DNA from: Promethearchaeota archaeon
GTDB taxonomy: Archaea > Asgardarchaeota > Lokiarchaeia > Sigyniarchaeales > SOKP01
Length of the DNA stretch: 26,156 nucleotides
Reading direction: 5' to 3'
Assembly (NCBI GenBank): GCA_048938005.1
Contig: JBHLMQ010000044.1
Location: 1-26,156 of the forward strand
Made by a program: the position numbers and the translations under genes. Positions 9,887 to 18,145 of the stretch are shown here, piece by piece (positions within the stretch are counted from its first letter, which is position 1; each line of letters opens with the position of its first letter). Below the pieces are notes generated by a model. The model saw only the letters and a program-made list of their open reading frames with translations. It searched no databases and was not told where the DNA came from.

Positions 9887-11866
9887 ATGGATTTAAAAAA
9901 GTTTATCGATGTAATGTTATCTGAAATAAACGGAAAGAAAGCATGGGATTATATATCTCATATTTCTCAATTTAATAGAATCCAAGCATCTAAAGGTTAT
10001 CACCAAGCAGCTGAATTAATAATAAATGAGCTAAAAATTTTAGGTTTTAAAGATGTTGAGTTATTTACATCTCCGGCTGATGGAAAAACTAAAACCTGGG
10101 GTTCTACACCCTCATTTCAATGGGATATAAAGTCAGGTGAGCTATGGATTGTTGAACCTATTGAAGAAAAACTATGTGATTATCACAAAATTCCATTATC
10201 TGTCATAACTCATTCTAAATCTTGTGATTTAATAGCAGAAGTAATTGATGTGGGAAAAGAAGTATCGCTAGATAGTTTAAAAAATATTGATGTTGAAAAT
10301 AAAATAATTATGACCTCTGATTTGGTGTATCTTTATCATGAAATTATAGAAAATTCTGGAGCCAGTGGTGTAATATATTATCCAGATTTAGAAAGAGCAG
10401 GCAAAGAATTGGATAAAATTATTTATAATGGACTATTTACTACTCAAGAGCGAATGGCAAATGCATTATTTGGATTTAGTATTAGTTACAAACAAGCAAT
10501 GCATTTAAAAGAATTAATGGAGAAAGGCCCTCTTAAAATCCATGCAAAAATTGATGCAGAATTTTCAGAGGGAAAATTAGAGGTAATTTCTACATCAATA
10601 AAAGGGATTAAATATCCAAAAGAAGAAATTATCTTAATTGCCCATCTTTGTCATCCTGTTGCTTGTGCTAACGATAATGCAAGTGGATCAGCAGGATTAA
10701 TAGAATTAGCTGGAACTTTTTTAAGATCCATAAAGGATAATTTGATTACCCCTCCTAAGAGAACATTAAGATTTGTTTGGGTGCCAGAAATTATTGGAAC
10801 CCTTCCTTGGGTTAAGAAAAATGAAGATATCACAAAAAAAGCAGTATGTTGTATTAATTTAGATATGATTGGGGAACATAGGAACAAAATTGGAAATCCT
10901 CTGATTATCTATACAGCACCATATTCAACTCCATCTATTTTAAATGATATAGTAAGTTTCTTTACTAAATTAATTGCCGATCACCCTAAAGGAGTTGCTG
11001 TTAATGGATCGGTTGCCCCATTAAGTTTCAGAATAAAAGCGTATGATGGAGGAAGTGATCATTCTATCTTTATTGATTCATATTTTGGCATTCCTTCATT
11101 AATGCTAAATCATGATGATCCATATTACCACTCATCAATGGATACTATAGAATTCTGTGATTCTTCGGAACTCCAACGTGTAATCGGTATAGCAGCATGT
11201 ACTGCGTACATTTTTGCTAATCTTGATTATGATTTAATAACTACCCTTTTACCTATTATAAATGAAGGTTTTTATAATCGAATGGGTAAGGCAATAAATA
11301 TTTTGAATAGGTTAGCAATTGAAAAAATAGAGAATGATGATAAAAACAACGAGGCGCAATTTAGCGAAACAATCGCTCTAATTAATGATTTAATTAAAAC
11401 TGTTAATGAATATGAGCATAACGTTATTGAATCGATAAAAAATTTTAATAGTAATTTGAAACAAAATAAAATCTTAAAAAATCTAGAGGATGATGTGAAT
11501 TTTTGGTTAAAAATTCAAACGCAGAGATATGCTAAGTTATTTGGATCAAATAAGAACTCTATTAATAATTTAGAAGATATTAATATATTATACTCATCTC
11601 AATATATTAGAACTTATGAAGGGGTAATTCCATTCAGGGCGCTTGTTAAAATTTCTAAGAGCCCTCTTTTTAAAGAATTTAGCGAAAAAATGGCATATAA
11701 ATGGCTAGGTCCAATTCATGAATTATTGAACTTATTGAATAAAGGATTTAAGGTATTGAGAATTTGCAGTTATTTATCTCTTCATTATGAACAAATTATT
11801 TATCCTAGTACAATCCAAGAATTAATTAATTATCTAGAAGATCAAGGTTTTGTGAAAAAGAGATAA
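9887..11866 (+). CDS. M28-family zinc aminopeptidase-like protein with PA-like insert (DUF4910-like) and probable C-terminal winged helix
   Basis: AHLCHP, ANDNASG, WVPE, NLDMIG, GGSDH, YYHSSMD metal-ligand motifs; C-terminal ...IQELINYLEDQGFV. Confidence 0.85.
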   Translation: MDLKKFIDVMLSEINGKKAWDYISHISQFNRIQASKGYHQAAELIINELKILGFKDVELFTSPADGKTKTWGSTPSFQWDIKSGELWIVEPIEEKLCDYHKIPLSVITHSKSCDLIAEVIDVGKEVSLDSLKNIDVENKIIMTSDLVYLYHEIIENSGASGVIYYPDLERAGKELDKIIYNGLFTTQERMANALFGFSISYKQAMHLKELMEKGPLKIHAKIDAEFSEGKLEVISTSIKGIKYPKEEIILIAHLCHPVACANDNASGSAGLIELAGTFLRSIKDNLITPPKRTLRFVWVPEIIGTLPWVKKNEDITKKAVCCINLDMIGEHRNKIGNPLIIYTAPYSTPSILNDIVSFFTKLIADHPKGVAVNGSVAPLSFRIKAYDGGSDHSIFIDSYFGIPSLMLNHDDPYYHSSMDTIEFCDSSELQRVIGIAACTAYIFANLDYDLITTLLPIINEGFYNRMGKAINILNRLAIEKIENDDKNNEAQFSETIALINDLIKTVNEYEHNVIESIKNFNSNLKQNKILKNLEDDVNFWLKIQTQRYAKLFGSNKNSINNLEDINILYSSQYIRTYEGVIPFRALVKISKSPLFKEFSEKMAYKWLGPIHELLNLLNKGFKVLRICSYLSLHYEQIIYPSTIQELINYLEDQGFVKKR

Positions 11867-11964
11867 TTTGATATCTATAAAAGATCCTTACTAATAATAC
11901 TTTAAAATAAATTTTATTAGAATTAAAATCATTTAAAACTTAAATATAATGAATCAATGTAAAA

Positions 11965-12771
11965 ATGGACACGTTAAAATTTGTAGATAAAGAAAACATC
12001 AGAAAGGCAGCAAAACTTCTGCTAAATTCAAAAAGCGCAATAGTTTTAACTGGAGCTGGGATATCAACAGAGTCAGGTATTCCAGATTTTAGAGGAGAGG
12101 GTGGAATTTGGGAAAAGTATAAACCTGAAATTTATGGTAATATTCAATCTTTTTTAAGGGATCCTTCAAAATTTTGGCAAATGGCTGAAGATATCGCACC
12201 AACTTTATTTAACGCAGAACCAAATCCAGGGCATTATGCAATTGCAGATCTTGAAAAAATGAATATTATTAAAGCAGTAATTACCCAAAATGTTGACGAA
12301 TTACATCAAAAAGCTGGTTCTATTATTGTATATGAAGTACATGGTAATATAAATAGATTTACCTGTTTAGGATGCCGTGCAAGCTACAATAAAGAACAAT
12401 TATTACGTAAATTAAAGAAAGAAAAAAATATACCTCCAGTATGCGATTACTGTGCCGCTCCTTTAAAGCCATCAGTCGTATTATTTGGAGAAGATTTACC
12501 TAATTTTGAGAAATATATGTCAATAGACTTAGCTAAAAAATCAGACATTATGCTAATAGCAGGATCTTCCCTATTAGTGGCTCCAATTTGTGATTTACCT
12601 ATATTTACTTTAAGAAATAAGGGTAAAATCATCATTATAAACGATGAACCAACTCATCTGGATGAACGTGCGGAAATTGTGATCAATAATAAAACAGGGA
12701 TTGTCTTACCATTGATAGTAGAGGAAATAGTAAAAATTCAACAAAAACTTGAATCTAAAACTCATAATTAA
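11965..12771 (+). CDS. cobB: Sir2/CobB-family NAD-dependent protein deacylase
   Basis: TGAGISTESGIPDFRG, TQNVDELHQKAGS, catalytic EVHG, Zn site CLGC...CDYC, KPSVVLFGE, GSSL. Confidence 0.95.
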   Translation: MDTLKFVDKENIRKAAKLLLNSKSAIVLTGAGISTESGIPDFRGEGGIWEKYKPEIYGNIQSFLRDPSKFWQMAEDIAPTLFNAEPNPGHYAIADLEKMNIIKAVITQNVDELHQKAGSIIVYEVHGNINRFTCLGCRASYNKEQLLRKLKKEKNIPPVCDYCAAPLKPSVVLFGEDLPNFEKYMSIDLAKKSDIMLIAGSSLLVAPICDLPIFTLRNKGKIIIINDEPTHLDERAEIVINNKTGIVLPLIVEEIVKIQQKLESKTHN

Positions 12772-12808
12772 ATGAAATTAATTTTAAAATTTTTATAACC
12801 TTTTTTAA

Positions 12809-14398
12809 ATGATTAATAAGAATGTGATTGTTAAAGATTGGCGAAAAATCGATTTTTCATTTGGATTAATTTATCCGAATATTTTTAAACTCGGGATGTC
12901 CTCTTATTCTATTAGACTTCTTTATTTTATAATTAATTCTTTTAAAAACATTGCTTGTGAACGAATTTTTTTGCCTGATAATGTACGGTTAAAATTTCCT
13001 GCTTCAAAAGATTATTCTTCAAAAAATCTTCTACGATCCCTCGAAAATAAAGTATTACCAAATGATTTTGATATTTTAGGATTCTCATTACATTTTGAAA
13101 ATGATTTTAAAAATATTTTATGGATATTAGAAAAAGCAGAGATTCCTTTAACTTTTCAAGATCGCCAAAAAGTTATAAGCGAAACCAAAACTCAATTTCC
13201 ATTAATAATAGGTGGGGGTCCTGTAGTTACATCAAATCCAATACCATTGAGTAAAATTTTTGATTTGTTATTTATTGGTGATTCAGAGCGGAATTTAAAA
13301 TTGTTTTTTCAAACCTTTAGGAGATACAAGGATGATAAATTAAATTTAAGAGAATTTTTAGAAACAACCAGTCAAATAGAAGGAATCTTTGTTCCAGCTC
13401 TTAATAATAAAGTTAAAAGAGAAGTGCTTAAAAATCTTGATGATTCACCAATCCCAATTTTTCAATTAATCTCTAAATCACCGAAAGAAAATTCGATTTT
13501 TGAAAGAAATTTTTTTCTAGAAATAAATCGGGGTTGTCCTTATCAATGTAAATTTTGTATTTCTTCCTTTCATAATTCTCCATTCAGAAACAGAAGTTAT
13601 GAAAATATAATAAACACTATTGAAGATGGTATGAAGTATTCTAATTTTGAAACGATAAGTCTTATAGGATCTTGTGTATCATCCCATCCTAAATTTAAAC
13701 AAATTTGTGAATTTATAATTAACAATGGAAAAAGATTAACAATTCCTTCAATTCGAATTGAGCATTTAACTCCAGATATAATTCAGCTATTAGAAAAAGC
13801 AGCCATTAAAACAATTACTATTGCTCCAGAAGCGGGTTCAGAAAGTTTGAGATTTGCTCTTGGAAAAATGATATCCAATGAGAAAATACTTTCAGTTTTA
13901 ACTCAAATTCGAGATTCTCAAATTAAGAACGTTAAATTCTACTTTTTAATAGGGTTACCAGAGGAAAAAGAAGAAAATATTGATGATATTATTAATTTAT
14001 TAAATTCAATAGATGGTTTGGGTTTTGATAAAGATTCATTGCGAGTAAACGTTAATCCATTTGTTCCAAAACTTAATACTCCTTATGAAAAAGAGATTAA
14101 TTTCTATTTAAAAGAAAATACTCGAGAATTAATCAAAAAATATCAAAAATTAGAAAGAGAATTAAAAACTTTAATTACTCTAAAACTTAAATTTAAAAAT
14201 TTCAAATTTATTATCAAGAATGCTAGGCTTCAAACAATTATTTCATTAGGAAACCAACAAATATCAAACTTACTTTTTAAGTATTATTTCAATGGAGCTA
14301 CTCATGGGGCATTAAAAAAAGCTGAAAGAGAATTAGATTTCTCTCTGAATGAGTACTTGTTAAATATTAAAAACTGTTTTAGTCCTTGGATTATCTAG
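12809..14398 (+). CDS. Radical SAM protein with N-terminal B12-binding-like domain; function unknown
   Basis: EINRGCPYQCKFC (CxxxCxxC); YPN...GMS, FDILGFS, IIGGGP, TIAPEAGSE.LR, YFLIGLP.E, FVPK..TP. Confidence 0.88.
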   Translation: MINKNVIVKDWRKIDFSFGLIYPNIFKLGMSSYSIRLLYFIINSFKNIACERIFLPDNVRLKFPASKDYSSKNLLRSLENKVLPNDFDILGFSLHFENDFKNILWILEKAEIPLTFQDRQKVISETKTQFPLIIGGGPVVTSNPIPLSKIFDLLFIGDSERNLKLFFQTFRRYKDDKLNLREFLETTSQIEGIFVPALNNKVKREVLKNLDDSPIPIFQLISKSPKENSIFERNFFLEINRGCPYQCKFCISSFHNSPFRNRSYENIINTIEDGMKYSNFETISLIGSCVSSHPKFKQICEFIINNGKRLTIPSIRIEHLTPDIIQLLEKAAIKTITIAPEAGSESLRFALGKMISNEKILSVLTQIRDSQIKNVKFYFLIGLPEEKEENIDDIINLLNSIDGLGFDKDSLRVNVNPFVPKLNTPYEKEINFYLKENTRELIKKYQKLERELKTLITLKLKFKNFKFIIKNARLQTIISLGNQQISNLLFKYYFNGATHGALKKAERELDFSLNEYLLNIKNCFSPWII

Positions 14399-14429
14399 AT
14401 TGAATAATAATTAAATAAAAAGAAAAAAA

Positions 14430-14933
14430 TTAATCAATTTTTTTAAAAACTTTTTTTACGGCTCCACAGACTGGGCATTTGTCAGGTGGTGTTCCTTCAT
14501 GGGTATATCCGCAGACTGGACATATATATAAATCATTTTTTTCTAAATCTCTGTTATTCTCAACCGCTTCAAGAGCAGCATTATATAATTTGTGATGAAC
14601 CTTTTCTACTTCGTTGGCATAATTAAAGGTTCTTTCTGCATCTTTATTACCCTCATTCTTAGCATCCTCAAGGAATTCAGGATACATTTTAGTAAATTCA
14701 TAATGTTCACCTTCGATAGCAGATTGTATATTTTCCTTTGTTGATTTAATTCCACCCAGAACTCTAAGATGATTATGAGCGTGAACTGTTTCTGCGGCAG
14801 CAGCAGCTCTAAAGACTTTTGCTATTTGAGGAAATCCTTCTTTATCAGCTTTTTCAGCGAAGGCTAAATATTTACGATTTGCTTGTGATTCTCCTGCAAA
14901 TGCTGCTTTTAGACCTTCTTCTGTTTTTGACAT
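14430..14933 (-). CDS. rbr: Rubrerythrin
   Basis: AFAGESQANRKY, ETVHA, GEHYE, EKVH diiron ligands; C-terminal rubredoxin-like CPVCGY...CPVCG. Confidence 0.96.
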   Translation of the reverse strand: MSKTEEGLKAAFAGESQANRKYLAFAEKADKEGFPQIAKVFRAAAAAETVHAHNHLRVLGGIKSTKENIQSAIEGEHYEFTKMYPEFLEDAKNEGNKDAERTFNYANEVEKVHHKLYNAALEAVENNRDLEKNDLYICPVCGYTHEGTPPDKCPVCGAVKKVFKKID

Positions 14934-15001
14934 AAATATTCACTCTTAACAATATTTTTATTTTAAAATTATTTTTAGATGTTTTTTAACTTGGTTTTTA
15001 T

Positions 15002-15034
15002 AAATCATAAATTTTAATCGAAATTTTATGATTT
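15002..15034. repeat. 10-bp perfect inverted repeat upstream of rubrerythrin
   Basis: AAATCATAAA (15002-15011), 13-nt spacer, TTTATGATTT (15025-15034). Confidence 0.6.
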
Positions 15035-15110
15035 CTGAATTTTAACTAAGTCTTTAAGATTTAAATATTTAAACAATTAATTTCAAGTCCAAATTTTATT
15101 TTATGTAATA

Positions 15111-15911
15111 TTAATTTGAAAGCATATTTTTAACAGAATTTACAATTCGAGTTAAATAATGTTCAGCCATTCCAAATTTTACATGTGAATCAAAAACTAG
15201 AATTATAAAATATTTATTCTGAACATATTCTGAAAAGATAAATCGCTTATCTTTAAATGTATAAAAAAGTTTTAATATGGAATTATTGTAGATTTTAACA
15301 CGAAATTCAACTTCTTTTAAAAAATATTTCAAATCTAATTTATTATATGAAGAATAAATCACTTTTCCTCTATCAGTTAAAAGAATAACTCCATCAATTT
15401 CGTCAATTAAGATTAATTCTTTCATATATTCTATAATTTGTTTTTCGATGTTTAGGTTAAACTCATTGCTAAACGCATCATCAACAATCTCCTCAATAAT
15501 TTCATTGAATTCACCATCGAATACAATTAGTTTGTCTATATTAATTTTATTTTTACGCAAATGGGCAGCAAGTTGTTTATTAATTTTTGAAATAACCTCC
15601 TCCAAAAAATTCTCGTTTTCAATTGTATCGCATAAGATATTATAGATTATAGAGCCTTTTTCAAAAATAACAAATTTTACGTCACCCATTTCTATCGTTT
15701 TGAACTTTTTCCCGATCATTTCTTTTGAAAAAGACATCAAGGCAGTAATAAAGGGAGAAATTAAATTTTTCTCCATATTAAAATAATCTGTAAAATTTCT
15801 GCCATAAAAACAAATACCAGATCTATTAAATATAAATAAATTATGAATATTTATGTTATCATAAGATCGCTTAATCATTGAAGGTATAGAGATTCTATCC
15901 TGTATTCCCAT
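15111..15911 (-). CDS. Longin-domain plus roadblock-domain protein (Asgard eukaryotic-signature type)
   Basis: N-half LFIFNRSGICFY...LISPFITALMSFSKE...IEMGDVKFVIF (longin-like). C-half IDGVILLTDRGKVIYSS (roadblock-like). Confidence 0.7.
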   Translation of the reverse strand: MGIQDRISIPSMIKRSYDNINIHNLFIFNRSGICFYGRNFTDYFNMEKNLISPFITALMSFSKEMIGKKFKTIEMGDVKFVIFEKGSIIYNILCDTIENENFLEEVISKINKQLAAHLRKNKINIDKLIVFDGEFNEIIEEIVDDAFSNEFNLNIEKQIIEYMKELILIDEIDGVILLTDRGKVIYSSYNKLDLKYFLKEVEFRVKIYNNSILKLFYTFKDKRFIFSEYVQNKYFIILVFDSHVKFGMAEHYLTRIVNSVKNMLSN

Positions 15912-15985
15912 GATAAATTATTAAAAAATAACTATAAAAAGCACAGAATTTTTAAGTTTTATTCTCGAGAGAAGTTAAACAAGCT

Positions 15986-16060
15986 CTATTCCTTTTCTAT
16001 AACTAAATTCTCAATCTCAAGTTTGCACTTCCATGTTCCATCAAGAGAAATTGTTTTCAT
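15986..16060 (-). pseudogene. Probable N-terminal remnant of a glycoside hydrolase family 2 gene
   Basis: Translates to MKTISLDGTWKCKLEIENLVIEKE*, with AAGGA upstream. ISLDGTW matches the typical GH2 sugar-binding-domain start (sLnG.W). No continuation after the TAG. Confidence 0.45.
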
Positions 16061-16302
16061 CGAAGATTTCCTTACTTTTGAATTAATTCAATTACTTCCA
16101 ATTTGGAATTTATGATATCTTACTAAATTTATGATTAATTTTGAAATTGGTCCCAATTTATACATAATTTTGACATTACAAAATTTGCATTTAGGGGGTG
16201 ATTATTCATCGTTTAAGATGATTTGATCTTAAAGTTTAAAAATAAGGAAGACAGAATAATATTTAAAATATAATTTAATTTAAAACATTTTTAAAACATT
16301 AT

Positions 16303-16308
16303 AGGAGG
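16303..16308 (+). promoter_or_regulatory. Strong Shine-Dalgarno site for the histone gene
   Basis: AGGAGG 9 nt upstream of the ATG at 16318. Confidence 0.75.
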
Positions 16309-16317
16309 AATAAAAAA

Positions 16318-16515
16318 ATGGCTAAAAAAGCAGCTGTTGAGGCTCTATTTGTGAAAAGTAAAGTCCGAGAATATATCAAAGGTAAGGGTTGCAACACAAG
16401 TGGGGATTTAATTGATGGTCCAGCACTTAACAATGCTATCATTGATATTCTCGATAAAGCTATTGGACGCGCAAAAGCTAACAATCGAAAAACAGTCCAA
16501 GAAAAAGATCTATAG
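16318..16515 (+). CDS. Small histone-fold protein of the short-alpha3 type (Bd0055/face-to-face-like)
   Basis: 65 aa with LFVKSKVREYIK...NTS...ILDKAIGRAKANNRKTVQEKDL. The RKTV...D L2-loop motif and the V.SKV+..IK helix-1 pattern are present; strong SD; own terminator. Confidence 0.88.
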   Translation: MAKKAAVEALFVKSKVREYIKGKGCNTSGDLIDGPALNNAIIDILDKAIGRAKANNRKTVQEKDL

Positions 16516-16618
16516 AGTAATTTAAAAGGGTTCATTTTTCCAAAAGGGCTTCAAATAAAAAAATAAAAAAGTATATGTAAGGGTTCAGAGGTTTTATTTA
16601 CAAATAGCTTAATTAAGA

Positions 16619-16631
16619 TTTTTTTTTTTTT
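16619..16631 (+). terminator. Oligo-T terminator of the histone gene
   Basis: T13 run about 100 nt after the stop codon. Confidence 0.55.
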
Positions 16632-16745
16632 ATTTTAATTACTTCTTTCTAAGTTGATTAAATTTTCTAATGGAAATTACAAATTTTATACTCATATGAT
16701 ATTTAAATTTCTAAAATTAGATTTTGCAATTAACACACAACCCAC

Positions 16746-16824
16746 AAATAAAGAATAAATATTCCACCAAATCGCCTTATACCTGATACTCTTTCTAAAA
16801 AAATGGAATATTTTATTCTTATTT
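16746..16824. repeat. Imperfect 20-bp inverted repeat between the convergent histone and nikR genes
   Basis: AAATAAAGAATAAATATTCCA (16746-16766), 37-nt spacer, TGGAATATTTTATTCTTATTT (16804-16824); 20 pairs with two single-nt bulges. Confidence 0.6.
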
Positions 16825-16846
16825 ATATTATTTTATTTAAATATGA

Positions 16847-17377
16847 TTACTTGACATTTTGAGCAATTTCTTTATCAATTATGAAGAAACCAATCGATAA
16901 TACGCTTTTTAACCTTTGGAGATCATTTTTCAATTTTTTTACACGTTTATAGGGACCAGACACAGCAATAATTTCTAGACATTTTTCAAATTCTAAGTGA
17001 ACATGCATTGTAGAAATAATAATATCATGAAAATGATGTTGAATATCGTTTTTTAAAATTTCGTCTGTTTGCTGAACATTTGCATAAATAGATTTTGAGC
17101 TATAATCATGGTCATGCTCAGAATCATGTAATTCTTTATGAGAATGAGAATGATTTATGGCCACATGTTCATGAGACATCATTATTGTAATGCATCCTAC
17201 AACATTTTCGGATACTACAGAGATATTTTCTTCTTGTATCATAAAAAGGTGCATGGACTTACGAATAGCGTCAGATCTTGATATTCCTAATTTATTTCTA
17301 AATTCCTCAAATTTATCGTATAGATCTTGAGGAAGAGAAATTGTAAAACGTTTATATTCTTCCATTTTAGACAACAA
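16847..17377 (-). CDS. nikR: Nickel-responsive regulator NikR with His-rich insertion
   Basis: Ribbon-helix-helix RFTISLP...ISRSDAIR; Ni-ligand pattern QH...MHVH.....CLE. The start may be the ATG at 17365 rather than the TTG at 17377. Confidence 0.9.
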   Translation of the reverse strand: MLSKMEEYKRFTISLPQDLYDKFEEFRNKLGISRSDAIRKSMHLFMIQEENISVVSENVVGCITIMMSHEHVAINHSHSHKELHDSEHDHDYSSKSIYANVQQTDEILKNDIQHHFHDIIISTMHVHLEFEKCLEIIAVSGPYKRVKKLKNDLQRLKSVLSIGFFIIDKEIAQNVK

Positions 17378-17410
17378 TAAAATTATAAAATTAAAGTAAA
17401 ATAAAAAAAA

Positions 17411-18145
17411 TTATTTTCTTATTAAGATAGCAATAGGCACACTAGCTTCACGCCATTGAGCAATTTTACCGGAATATTCGAGGTCTAATTTTACCCTACC
17501 ATGATCTCCAATAATTATCATTAATGAATTTGATCTTAATTGTTTATAATTACTCAAGATCCATTTATCCGTTCTATTTATTAACTTTTCAATCAAATCT
17601 TCTGGAGTTCTTTGTCTTAATCGCTGTTGTTGTTTATGTAAGTTCTCAAAATCTAAGTAATGCATCCATGAAAGGTCATGGGTATTAATAGCTTTCGCTG
17701 ATTCAACCCAGGTACTCATATCAGTGTCCTTAGGAATAGATTTTGTTCCACCATCGTATCTTTCTAAATCTTTTTTTCTCCCTATGAAACACGATTTTTT
17801 ACCGGCTGAGCCTATAGCCTTTAATAAATGAAACCCATTAGGTTCAACCTCGAAACCACCATATAATAATTGATGCAGTACTCCTAAAGTGTATGGATTT
17901 TTAGTACTTAATAATAACATTACCTCAGAGTTAGCAATCATAAAATGTGGCTTCATATATGTAATTTCGAATAAACCAAAATTATCGATTAAATTAATAC
18001 TAATGCGTTCTATTCCTTTATATAAATCGACTATTTTTGGGATTGCTTCTGGAATGGTATTATGGGGTGGATCGATATTTAATAATTTTAAAATAGTTGC
18101 AGGCAATTGTGTCATATAACATTTAAGAGTTTGGAGTTCACTCAT
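17411..18145 (-). CDS. Alkaline-phosphatase-superfamily (phosphodiesterase/PglZ-like) protein, short and divergent
   Basis: LPATILKLL...LIDNFG at the N-terminus and IIIGDHG...VPI at the C-terminus match superfamily metal-site motifs. Confidence 0.6.
   Translation of the reverse strand: MSELQTLKCYMTQLPATILKLLNIDPPHNTIPEAIPKIVDLYKGIERISINLIDNFGLFEITYMKPHFMIANSEVMLLLSTKNPYTLGVLHQLLYGGFEVEPNGFHLLKAIGSAGKKSCFIGRKKDLERYDGGTKSIPKDTDMSTWVESAKAINTHDLSWMHYLDFENLHKQQQRLRQRTPEDLIEKLINRTDKWILSNYKQLRSNSLMIIIGDHGRVKLDLEYSGKIAQWREASVPIAILIRK

Noticed and set aside
16299-16535. 78-aa minus-strand ORF overlapping the histone
   Set aside because: The plus-strand ORF has the histone motif and a strong SD site; this one is its antisense shadow.
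16730-16822. Minus-strand frame IRIKYSIFLERVSGIRRFGGIFILYLWVVC*, vaguely like an EamA/DMT transporter C-terminus
   Set aside because: It has no start codon and is too short and weak to call a pseudogene without a search.
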